A stretch of DNA of 64,000 bases from Octopus sinensis (Eukaryota), in the NCBI RefSeq assembly GCF_006345805.1, contig NC_043016.1:7564001-7628000 (forward strand), in the 5' to 3' direction. Shown here piece by piece: positions 1 through 12,745 of the stretch; positions within the stretch are counted from its first letter, which is position 1, and each line of letters starts with the position of its first letter. The position numbers and the translations under genes were made by a program. The notes below the pieces were generated by a model. That model worked only from the letters and a program-made list of their open reading frames with translations, was not told the origin of the DNA and made no database searches.

Positions 1-2168
1 CAAAAGGGTTAAATTTTATTAATTATGAAATTATAATTTTAAATCTTAACACGGGTTTAAAAGAAATGAAAAATTGCTTTAGTTCATGATTAAATTTTTG
101 GCTGTACAAAAGGTCTTTAAAAATATTTGTTCTATTCTATATTAAAAAATCTAAATTTGTTACTGTTTTGAAAATAAATCATTTAAGAGATTTCAATTTT
201 TGAAATCTTTTCAATTCTTAAATTATTTATATCTAAGAGTCTGCTAAACAATTTATGTTCAACAATTTAAAAATTGCTAAACAATTTATGTACAAAAATT
301 TGAATTTGGTAAACCATTTATATGCAACAATAATTTGATAAACAATTTGTGTGCAAAACAAAAAAAAAAATTATAAAAAAACTAAGCTGAATCAACTAAA
401 ATAGGTTTTGGGTGAAATGAATTAAGAATATATATTTAAAGAAAAATGTATTGTTTAACTCGTGTCTGGAGCATAACAAATACTTTGAATTATTCTGCAT
501 GTGTGTGTGTGTGTGTATATAAAATATATGTATGTGTGTGTATGTATATATCATCATTTAACATCTGTTTTCCATGCAGGCATAGGTTTGATGGTTTTAC
601 AAAAGTTGGTCAGCTGGAGATCTATTCAGGCTCCATTATCTGTTCTGGCATGGTTTCTACAGCTGGATGCCCTTCCTAATACCAACCACTTTACAATGTG
701 CTGGGTGCCTTTTATGTTGCACTGGCACAAGTACTTTTTATGTGGAACCAGCACAAATGGGAGATTAATATTTCACAAGGTCTTCAGCCATGCTACACTT
801 TTGTAACTTGTCTGCAAACCCTGTGCACACATAGCTGAAACTTGACCAAAATATTATAAGTACATCAGCATCAAAAATCAAATGGAAATTGTAGTTGCGA
901 TACATGTGCCGGTGGCATGTAAAATGCACCATCCGTACGTGGCCGATGCCAGCACCACCTTGATTGGCTTCTGTGCTGGTGGCATGTAAAAAGCACCAAC
1001 CAATTGTGGCCATTGCCAGCCTCCCCTGGCACCTGTGCCGGTGGCACGTAAAAAGCACCATCTGTACATGGTCGATGCCAGAGCTACCTTGACTGGCTTC
1101 TGTACCGGTGGCACGTAAAAAGCACCAACTGATCGTGGCCATTGCCAGCCTCCCCTGGCACCTGTGCCGGTGGCACGTAAAAAGCACCCACTCCACTCAC
1201 GGAGTGGTTGGCATTAGGAAGGGCATGCAGCTGTAGAAACACTGCCAGATCAGACTGGAGCCTGGTGCAGCCTCCTGGCTTCCCAGATCCCCAGTCGAAC
1301 CATCCAACCTATGCTAGCATGGAAAACGGACATTAAACGATGATGATGTCATTAAAATCAGTTGTCATTATCATGATCATTGTTATTTATAATACTGTGT
1401 AAATTGAGGACAATTGGGTTGCTAATTTTAGCTCTCATGTAACCATACACATACTTCAGAATAGCCTCAATATATTGCTGTTGTTGAAATAGGATGGAGC
1501 ATTGCAGCTTCGAAATTTTGTTACATTATATTAGTTTTGGTAAATCTTCTGTTTAATAATATGACAGGGTCAATTATTGTAGTGTAATCTCTTGGAGTGG
1601 TAGAGCTATATAGTGTCTAGAATGCTACTGTGATGTGATATAATGTCTGAAGTAATAATGTAATGTATAATTTAGCATAGTGGCTGAGGTGATAATGAAA
1701 GCATTGTTTGTAATGGTAACATAATGTAATATCTAACGTGGTAATGCATTGTAGCATAGTGCTGTGTCTGGAGCAGTACCATTATTTTTGTGCTATAATA
1801 GATTAATATTTATATGGCTAGACAGTATGTTCTGCTTTTTCAATATTTCATTAAAAGCTAAAGTGGCAAGCTGGCAGAATCATTAGCATGCTGGGCAAAA
1901 TTCTTAGCATTTTGTCTGTCATTATGTTCCAAGTTCAAATGCTACTAAGGCTGACCTTGCCTTTCATATTTTTGGGAGAGTAAAGTAAGTACCAGTTAAG
2001 CACTGGGGTTCATATAATTAACTTGCCTCCACCCTTGAAATAACTGCCCTTATGCCAAAATTTGAAATCAATATTTCATTGAAAACTCTTTAGATTCTTT
2101 TTATGCTTGTTTGCAGCTTCTGCTTATTACTATAAGGCATATTACAAATAGTTGTTTATATATATATA

Positions 2169-2394
2169 CTCTTTACTCTATTTTACTCTTTTACTTGTTT
2201 CAGTCATTTGACTGTGACCATGCTGGATCACCACCTTTAGCTGAGCAAATCGACCCCAGGACTTATTCTTTGTAAGCCTAGTACTTATTCTATCAGTCCT
2301 TTTGCCGAAACGCTAAGTTGCTGGACGTAAACACACCAGCATTGATGTTGGGGGAACAAATAGACACACAAATGTACACACATACATATCTATA

Positions 2395-2445
<51 letters not shown>

Positions 2446-2606
2446 TACGACGGGCTTCTTTCAGTTTCCATCTACCAGATCCACTCACATGGCTTTTGGT
2501 CAGCCCAAGGCTATAGTAGAAGACTCTTGCCCAAGGTGCCATGCAGTGGGACTGAACCCAGAACCATGTGGTTCATAAGCAAACTACTTACCACACAGCC
2601 ACTCCT
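2169..2606 (-). mobile_element. tRNA-derived SINE family A (~430 bp, internal TA/TG tract)
   Basis: Head aggagtggctgtgtggtaag...ggttcagtccc. Other copies (approx.): 18905-19318(-), 22020-22446(-), 22900-23292(-), 26861-27232(-), 34458-34853(+), 34946-35358(-), 35585-35960(+), 47914-48298(+), 52025-52420(+), 53515-53866(+), 55560-55932(-). Confidence 0.9.
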
Positions 2607-3019
2607 GTATGTGTGTGAGTGTGTGTGTGTGTATTTATATTACTGTACCAACCAGACTATTCGGTGTTGCTATACACTGGTCACTATGTGCTTCCATGCT
2701 TTTTAATGATGCCATCTCACTGGCTAAGAGGGCAGGCCAACATTCATTCTGAATGGAACACCAGTTTGTCTCATGATTACCCATTTACAGCTGAATGGAC
2801 TGGAGCACCATGAAATGAAATGTTTTGCTTAAGAACACAAGACACAGACAATTGAAAGCACAATCTTACAATTGTCAATGCAACACCCTAATGACTACAC
2901 CGGTGGTTCCCAACCTGGGATCCACAAGCCCCTGGTAGTCTGCAAAGGTAGTACTGGGAGGTGGTCTATAAACTAAATTCAAAATTTCGTGTGTGTGTTG
3001 TGTATATATATATATATAT

Positions 3020-3338
3020 ATATCACCATGAGCACCGTCACCGACCAGGCTATCAGATGTTGCTACACATCGCTGGTCACAATGCGCTCCGCATTGTTTT
3101 AGGCTTCAAATGACACCATCCTGCTGGCTAAGCGAGCAGGCCAACAGAAGAAAGAGTGAGAGAAAGTTGGGGCGAAAGAGTACAGCAGGGATCGCCACCC
3201 CCCACCCCCCTGCTGGAGCCTCATGGAGCTTTAAATGTTTTCGCTCAATAAACATTCACAACACCTGGTCTGGGAATCGAAACTGCAATCCTACATCGCA
3301 AGTCTGCTACCCTAACCATTGGGCCATTGCGCCTCCAC
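3020..3338 (-). mobile_element. tRNA-derived SINE, third family
   Basis: Minus strand A-box TGGCCCAATGG and B-box GTTTCGATTCC; degenerate relative at ~2640-2900. Confidence 0.7.
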
Positions 3339-3339
3339 G

Positions 3340-3371
<32 letters not shown>

Positions 3372-3786
3372 AGGATAAGCATATTAAAAGAGGTCTGTGG
3401 GGAAATTCATTTAAATAAGAGTTGGGGATCTCTGGTCTATACCATGCACATTAACACACGCACACACATAAACATGCAAAAAATATGCTTACTGTTATTT
3501 TAATTAATGTCAATGAGATATTTAATCACAGTGACTAAATGTGTAGTTGATGCTAAAAATTAAATAAATTGGAAGAATGGATCTCAACTGCAACATAGAA
3601 AGAAACTATTTATGGCAAGTTGTCTCATAAGACATCTAAAAGTCTCTGTAACAGTTCACCTTGTGAGCCACTGTTAAACAGACAATGGTAGTTACTTATT
3701 TAGCCACATCAGATGTAGCAGTTGAGAGAAAATAATGAAGCAGTCATTTTATACATCAAAACAATTTATTATATATATATATATAT

Positions 3787-4412
3787 ATATAGAAAGATAG
3801 TTGAAATACCTCTTGGAGGAATATATAGAAAGATAGTTGAAATACCTCATGGAGGAATATATAGAAAGATAGTGAAATACCTCTTGGAGGAATATATAGA
3901 AAGATAGTTGAAATACCTCATGGAGGAATATATAGATAGTTGAAATACCTCATGGAGGAATATATAGATAGTTGAAATACCTTGTGAAGGAATATATAGA
4001 AAGATAGTTGAAATTCCTCTTGGAGGAATATATAGAAAGATAGTTGAAATACCTCTTGGAGGAATATATAGAAAGATAGTTGAAATACCTCTTGGAGGAA
4101 TATATAGAAAGATAGTTGAAATACCTCTTGGAGGAATATATAGAAAGATAGTTGAAATACCTCTTGGAGGAATATATAGAAAGATAGTTGAAATTCCTCT
4201 TGGAGGAATATATAGAAAGATAGTTGAAATACCTCATGGAGGAATATATAGATAGTTGAAATACCTCATGGAGGAATATATAGATAGTTGAAATACCTCA
4301 TGGAGGAATATATAGAAAGATAGTTGAAATACCTCATGGAGGAATATATAGATAGTTGAAATACCTTGTGAAGGAATATATAGAAAGATAGTTGAAATAC
4401 CTCTTGGAGGAA
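3787..4412. repeat. Minisatellite, 36-bp unit (with 32-bp variants), ~18 copies
   Basis: Unit tatatagaaagatagttgaaatacctcttggaggaa, no spacers. Confidence 0.95.
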
Positions 4413-5133
4413 TTAAGTTGGGACCCTTAAATAAGTTAGGTTTTGGATTCAGGCCCAGTGTGGCACCTTGGGCTAGTGTCTTCTACTATAGGCACCAACA
4501 TGTCTGTATATTTAACCCTTCACAGAATACTTTGTCAAACTATAATGCTTATATATTCATATTCACAGCTTTGAGATTTCAATGCGTGACTGTTTATTTT
4601 TAAATGACATTGCAAGGTAGATGTGAGAAGCCAGATCTGGTAAGCTTGAACATAAAGCAAGTAAAATATTTTGGCTGATTTTATGGCCAGTTTAAATGCT
4701 AAAAAGTTAAGAAATTGACTTCCCAACTATGTGGTTTGGGGGTTCAGTCCCTCTGCAAGGCACCTTCAGCTTGTATCTTTTGTCTCAGGCCAGCCAAAGC
4801 CTTGTCAGTGTATTTGGTAGACGGAAACTGGAAGAACCTTGTCATATATGTAAGTGTTTGTGTCTCCTTATTTTGACATCATATTATTGTGAAACAAGTG
4901 TCATCGCCATTCTGTAGCTTTCATATCCAGTGCTCTCCAAAAACATACCTAGTCTTGGGAAAAATATTTTACTTGGAAACAGGTGAAGGTTAGTAACTGG
5001 AAGGACATCTAGCCATAGAAAATCTGCCTCAATGAATTGTGTGTGGCCCATGCAAGCAGAGAAAAGCAGATTTTAAAATTATGACAATGATGATGATCCT
5101 TGGTAGTGCAGTTTTATTTAACCCTTTATTTAA

Positions 5134-5354
5134 CCCTTTAACATTTTAACCAGCTATAATATCTGCCCCAAATTTTTTGCCTGTTTTATGTCCAAACTGG
5201 TCATATCTGTTCTCTCACCTATACCTAACAATGTCATTCAAAACACAAGCAATCACATAATCGAAATCTCAGAGCTACAAGATAATGCATGATTAATTCA
5301 AAACAATGAATAAATGAGCATTACATGTGATGGAATGATGTGAATGCTAAAGAG
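5134..5354. mobile_element. piggyBac-like MITE (partial relative ending ...aagggttaa at ~33330-33496)
   Basis: TTAA-CCCTTTAACATT left end; AATGCTAAAGAG-ATAA right end. Confidence 0.5.
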
Positions 5355-6069
5355 ATAAGCATGATGCTGAGAGTGCATTGTGACACAACAGGTAGCTGTT
5401 GTGTAGTATGCCTATCTGTGAATTAAAAAAAAAAACATAAATATATGCAACAGAAAAAGAAATGTAAATGTGTGTGTATGTGTGTATCTTATGTTTGTAT
5501 AGACCAGGTGTATATGATTAACAACTGTAGAATCGTTTTTTTTTTTTTTTTGAAACTGAGAAATGGAAAAGAAAAAAAAATCTTTAAAATTTCCTCAAGT
5601 AATTTAATATTCTGTTAATTTTGACCTTGTGTAGTGAATGTGTTATGTAATATTGTGGTGTGTGTGTGTGTGTGTGTGTGTGTAAGCAGGTTGTTCATCT
5701 GTTTCTCTTTGGGAACAGGGCATCTGCAGTCTTTCAACTATGGGGGTGGGGATGGAGTGAAAGAGAAAAATTAAAGGGAGAAAGAGTGGGGTAGGATATT
5801 CAGAAAGAAAGGAGAAAGAGATGTTAAAATGGAGTGAGAGAGAAGGAGAGGGAGGGAGAGGGAAGTTGGAGTTAGAAAAGAACTGTGAAATGATGAAGTG
5901 AGATAGAGAGAAAGGATGAAAGGAAATATTGCAGAAAGAAGGAAAGAAAAGGTGAGGAAGGAAAGGAAAGGGAATGGTGGTAGGCAAGTGAGAAGAATTA
6001 AGAAAAGCAGAAAGAGTGAAAGGTAAGTCACACACACACACACACACACATATGTATAATATATTATAA

Positions 6070-6190
6070 AAAATAAGCAACAAGGATATCCAAGGTAGTG
6101 TAGTACAATCGTTTCATGCTACTTCAATTCAAATGAAGTAGCATGAAACAATTGTACTACACTACCTTGGATATCCTTGTTGCTTATTTT
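6070..6190. repeat. Near-perfect hairpin, 57-bp arms, 7-nt loop, at the end of a TA-flanked element (6055-6292; related segment inverted at ~17890-18020)
   Basis: 56/57 complementarity read directly from the sequence. Confidence 0.9.
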
Positions 6191-6291
6191 GATTATAATC
6201 ACGCCATTTGATTTATATGGATAATACCATACCAAATTCTGGTGCCTGTAACTTAAGTTCCATATTCATCTGAATCTAATTTTACTGAACT

Positions 6292-6325
<34 letters not shown>

Positions 6326-7932
6326 ATGTATATATATATATATGTATAATATATATATATATAATATATTATATGTATATATATAATATATTATATATAT
6401 TGTATATATATATATGTATATATTATAATGTTATATATATATATGTATATATATATATATGTATATATATATTATATGTATATATATATACGTATATATA
6501 TATATATATATGTATGTATATATGTGTATATAATATATAGTATGTATATATGTGTATATATATATATATGTATGTTGTATATATATATATATGTATGTAT
6601 ATATGTAATATATATATGTATGTATATATGTGTATATATATATATATGTATGTATATATGTGTATATATATATATGTGTATATATATATATGTGTATATA
6701 TATATGTGTATATATATATATGTGTATATATATATATGTGTATATATATATAATGTGTGTGTATATATATATATATGTGTATATATATATGTGTATATAT
6801 ATATGTGTATATATATATGTGTATATATATATGTGTATATATATATATGTGTATATATATATATGTGTATATATATATATGTGTATATATATATTGTGTA
6901 TATATATATATGTGTATATATATATATGTGTATATATATATATGTGTATATATATATATGTGTATATATATATGTGTATATATATATATGTGTATATATA
7001 TATATGTGTATATATATATATGTGTATATAATATATGTGTATATATATATATGTGTATATATATATATATGTGTATATATATATATGTGTATATATATAG
7101 TGTATATATATATATGTGTAATATATATATGTGTATATATATATATGTGTATATATATATGTGTATATATATATTGGTATATATATATATGGTATATATA
7201 TATATGTGTATATATATATATGTGTATATATATGTGATATATATATATGTGTATATATATATGTGTATATTATATATATGTGTATAATATATATGTGTAT
7301 GATAGTATATATGTATATATGTCATATGTATATATGTGATATATATCGTGTATATATGTATATGTATATATGTGTATATATATATATATGTATATATATA
7401 TGTATATATGTATATATATATATAGTAATATATTGTATATATGTATATATATGTATATATATGTATATATGTATATCATATATAATATGAATATATGTAT
7501 ATATATATATATATATGTATATATATGTATATATATATGTATATATATATATATGTATATATATATATAGTTATTGCTACTGCACGCATTTTTTTCTCTC
7601 CTTCTTTCTGTGTTTTTCTCTCTCTGTGTATCTTTCTGTTGAAGAGCGTAGGCTCGAAACGTTAAAGACTTGTTTTATTTATATTTCCTGAGCGCCATAC
7701 TAATCAATTGTTCGTTGTTTTCCACCTGCCTTCGTCTTTGTTTATTTTCATAAAGCTTCCCGTTGTATATATATGTATATGTATATATATATGTATATGT
7801 ATATATATATATGTATATGTATATATATATGTATATGTATATATATATGTATATATATATATATATGTATATATATGTATAATATATATATATATAGTAT
7901 ATATGTTATATGTTATATATTATATATATGTG

Positions 7933-7979
<47 letters not shown>

Positions 7980-8084
7980 GTATATATATATATAGTATAT
8001 ATGTATATGTATAATGTATATATATATTATATGTATGTTATAATATATATTGTATTATATATATATATATGTATATATATTATG

Positions 8085-8147
<63 letters not shown>

Positions 8148-8281
8148 GTATAGTATATATATATTATATATATATATATATGTATATATATATGTATATA
8201 TATATATGTATTATATATATATATGTATATATATATATATGTATATATATATATTGTATATATATATATTAGGTTATATAT

Positions 8282-8313
<32 letters not shown>

Positions 8314-8508
8314 GAATATATTATGATATATATATATGTATATATATATATATGTATATGTATTATATAATGTATATGTATTATAATTTATATTATATAT
8401 ATATGTATATTATATATATATGTATATATATATAGATATATGTATATATATATATGTATATGTATATATATGTATATGTATATATATTATATGTATATAT
8501 ATAATATG

Positions 8509-8539
<31 letters not shown>

Positions 8540-8846
8540 GTATAGTATATATATGTATATGTATTATATATGTATATGTATATATATGTATATGTATATA
8601 TATGTAATTGTATATATAGATATGTATATATATGTATATATTGTATATATGGATATATGTATGCTATATGTATATATGTATGTATATATGTATATATGTA
8701 TTATATATGTATAATGTATATATGTATATATATATGTATATATGTATATATATATGTATATATGTATATATGTATATATATATATATGTATATAATATAT
8801 ATATGTATATATATATATTATATGTATATATATGTATATATATATG

Positions 8847-8899
<53 letters not shown>

Positions 8900-8971
8900 G
8901 TATATATAGTCTATATATATATATGTTATATATATATCTATATGTATATATATATATATATGTATAATATG

Positions 8972-9002
<31 letters not shown>

Positions 9003-9127
9003 GTATATCTATATATATGTCTATATATATATATGTATATATATATATGTATAATATATATATATTGTATATATATATATAATATATGTAGATATATATA
9101 TATATGTTATATATGTATATTATAATG

Positions 9128-9160
<33 letters not shown>

Positions 9161-9371
9161 TGTATATATATATATATATGTATATATATATGTATATGTT
9201 ATATATATGTAATATATGTATATATATGTATATATGTATATAATGTATATATATGTATTATATGTATATTATATGTATATATATATGTATATATATATGT
9301 ATATATATGTATATAATATGTATATATATAGTATATATGTATATATGTATATATGTATATATGTATATATG

Positions 9372-9420
<49 letters not shown>

Positions 9421-9755
9421 GTATATATATGTATATATATGTATATATGTATATATATGTATATATGTATATATATGTATATATGTATATATATGTATAT
9501 ATGTATATATATGTATATATGTATATATGTATATATGTATATATATGTATATATGTATATATATGTATATATGTATATATATGTATATATGTATATATAT
9601 GTATATATGTATATATGTATATATGTATATATATGTATATATGTATATATATGTATATATGTATATGTATATATATGCTATATATGTTATTATATGTATA
9701 TATGTATATATGATATATTATGTATATATATATATTATATGTATATATATATATG

Positions 9756-9786
<31 letters not shown>

Positions 9787-11357
9787 GTATATGTATATAT
9801 GTATATATATGTATATATGATATATATATATATGTATATGTATATATATGTATATATATGTATATATGTATATATATGTATATATGTAATAATATATATA
9901 GTATATATGTATATGTATATATGTATATATATGTATATATATGTATATATATGTATATATGTATATATGTATATAGTATATATATGTATATATGTATATA
10001 TATGTATATATGTATATATATATATATGTATATATATATATGTATATATATATATGTATATATATATATGTATATATATATGTATATCTATATATATATA
10101 TTGTTATATATATATATATATGTATATATATATGTGTATATATATATATGTGTATATATATATATGTATATATATATATATGTATATATATATAATGTAT
10201 ATATATATATGTGTATATATATATATGTATAATATATATGTATATATATATATATGTATAATATATATATGTATATATATATATGTATATATATATATGT
10301 ATATATATATATGTATATATATTATGTATATATATATGTGTATATATATATATGTGTATATATATATATGTGTATATATAATGTGTATATATATATATGT
10401 GTATATATATATATGTGTATATATATATATGTGTATATTATATATTGTGTATATATATATATGTGTATATATATATATGTGTATATATGTATATGTATGT
10501 ATATATGTATATGTATATATATGTATATGTAATATATGTATATGTATATATATGTATATGTATATATATGTATGTATATATATGTGTGTGTATATATGTA
10601 TATGTGTATATATGTATATGTGTATATATGTATATGTATATATATGTATATGTATATATATGTATATGTATATGTATATATATGTATATGTATATATATG
10701 TATATATGTATATATGTGTATATATGTATATATGTGTATATATGTATATATGTGTATATATGTATATATGTATATATGTATATATGTGTATATATGTATA
10801 TATGTGTATATATGTATATATGTGTATATATGTATATATGTATATATGTGTATATGTGTATATATGTATATATGTGTATATATGTATATATGTGTATATA
10901 TGTGTATATGTGTATATATGTGTATGTGTATATATGTGTATATGTGTATATATGTGTATATGTGTATATATGTATATGTGTATATATGTGTATATGTGTA
11001 TATATGTGTATATGTGTATATATGTGTATATGTGTATATATGTGTATATGTGTATATATGTGTATATGTGTATATATGTGTATATGTGTATATATGTGTA
11101 TATGTGTATATATGTGTATATGTGTATATATGTGTATATGTGTATATATGTGTATATGTGTATATGTATATATATGTGTATAGTATATATATGTATATAT
11201 GTATATATATGTATATATGTATATATATGTATATATATGTATATATGTATATATATGTATATTGTATATATATGTATATATGTATTATATATGTATATAG
11301 ATATATATGTATATATTGTATATAGGTAATGTATGTATATATATTATATATATATAG
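6292..11357. repeat. ~5-kb compound (TA)n/(TATG)n/(TATATG)n/(TGTA)n microsatellite, interrupted by the element at 7571-7765
   Basis: Direct reading; source of all Y/I/M/C/V-rich ORFs. Confidence 0.98.
7571..7765 (+). mobile_element. Dispersed monomer of the same HHR-bearing family, inside (TA)n; HHR at 7631-7668
   Basis: TCTTT-CTGTTGA-A-GAGC(GTAG)GCTC-GAAAC-GTT-AAAGA; flanks align with the 54-kb monomer (tttttttctctcctt...cctgagcg..atactaat...cttcgtcttt...ttcataaa). Confidence 0.65.
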
Positions 11358-11358
11358 G

Positions 11359-11590
11359 TTACACGTCTTCCTCTCATTCAAAATGTGACCGCGTGTGTAC
11401 TGTTGGCGATTTTTTTTTTTTTTTTTTTTTTTCCCCTCTGTCTTCCCTTCTCTGGATCTTTCCTTCTATGTTTCCGACGAAGAGCTCTGCTCGAAACGTT
11501 AAACCGTCCTTCTTTCCTGAGCGTCAATAATACTATATTCTTCCACGTCCTCGCGTTGTTGTGTTTTTTTGTGCTTTCTTATTTGGATTA

Positions 11591-11595
<5 letters not shown>
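11359..11595 (+). mobile_element. Related (TA)n-flanked element with HHR at 11470-11504
   Basis: GTTT-CCGACGA-A-GAGC(TCT)GCTC-GAAAC-GTT-AAAC; stem I covaries (GTTT/AAAC versus CTTT/AAAG); shares ttcctgagcg downstream. Confidence 0.6.
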
Positions 11596-11630
<35 letters not shown>

Positions 11631-12316
11631 AGAGAGAGAGTAAAAGAAATGGTTAAAAAGAATGAGAACAGGAAAAGTGAGAGTGAGTTTAAGAAGAAAA
11701 AGTGGTAGAAATAGATAGAGAGCAACATACAGAAATATAGAGGATGAATGAGAGGAAGACATGTAACCTAGAGGATTAAATGGAGAGAGAGTAAGAGAGT
11801 GTGTGTAAGGGATGGTAAAGAGATGGATGGAAATGGAATAAGAGATATCGTGAAGAACTAGGTGGGAGTTAGAAATGAAAAGGGGTGAGGTAGAATGTAA
11901 AATAATGGGAAAGTAAGAATAAGAGATAGGAGTAGTAAGAGAAAGAAGAAAAAGATGAAGAGGAACAGATATGAGATGTGAAAATATGGAAGAGAAAGAG
12001 AAGGGAAAGAATGGAGTGAGAGATAGTGTGAAAGACTAAATGAAGAAGGAGAAAGCCAGATGGTTCTTTGAATTACCTGATCAAACTAGACAATATGCTG
12101 CAACTTGTCAAAATTTAAGGAACTGTCAACTGACAAATCTATGAAATTATTGCATGCAAGAGTGTGTGGGTATGTGAGAATATTTTTCACTTACAATATA
12201 TATACTTTGTATTCAATGAAGGAGTTTTAGTATGGTCAGTTGATCTGCTAGAAATAAGACAAATCTCCCTCAAATCACATATTCTATGATTTTTTTTTTT
12301 TTTTTTTCTGTTAAAG

Positions 12317-12328
12317 AAAAATGTGAAG
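12317..12328 (+). CDS. Candidate 12-nt microexon AAAAATGTGAAG (EKCE if phase 1, KNVK if phase 0)
   Basis: Long poly-T tract then ctgttaaag| exon |gtaaga; frame-preserving length. Confidence 0.4.
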
Positions 12329-12511
12329 GTAAGATGTGTTATATAGTGTGGTCCTTCACACAGTCACTATTCCTGAAAACAAGGAGAGCTGATCATGCAC
12401 TGTTCGGGCCAGCTGGGCCTAAACGACAACATCAACAACTTCAGTCAACAGTTTCAAACTCAAATACAGGGCCTAACTGCACTTAAATAACAGAATTAAA
12501 TTGATAGATAT

Positions 12512-12745
12512 GAGGCGGTGAGCTGGAAGAAGCGTTAGTGTGTCAGGCGAAACGCTTAGCGGAATTTCGTCTGTCGCTACGTTCTGAGTTCAAATTCAGC
12601 CACGGTTGACTTTGCCTTTCATCCTTTCGGGGTCGATAAATTAAGTACCAGTTACGCACTGTGGTTGATGTAATCGACTTAATCCCTTTGTCTGTCCTTG
12701 TTTGTCCCCTCTGTGTTTAGCCCCTTGTGGGTGGTAAAGAAATAG
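12512..12745 (+). mobile_element. tRNA-derived SINE family B with a MetaSINE-like central domain
   Basis: ggcggtgagctgg...gagttcaaattc...ctttgcctttcatcctttcggggtcgataaattaagtaccag. About 20 copies, e.g. 1855-2080, 13005-13220(-), 23780-23975, 24590-25230 (three in a row), 40675-40890, 50705-51700 (four), 63520-63725(-). Confidence 0.85.

Noticed and set aside
3787-4412. 36-bp direct repeats resembling a CRISPR repeat length
   Set aside because: Repeats are contiguous with no unique spacers, there are no cas genes, and the context is eukaryotic.
4617-4639. Possible + exon GRCEKPDL ending at CTG|gtaagc
   Set aside because: The donor is good but the acceptor is ambiguous (three alternatives) and upstream frames contain stops.
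6307-11381. Many long ORFs (up to 690 aa) rich in Y/I/M/C/V/H/T
   Set aside because: Translations of TA/TG microsatellite that lack stops by composition.
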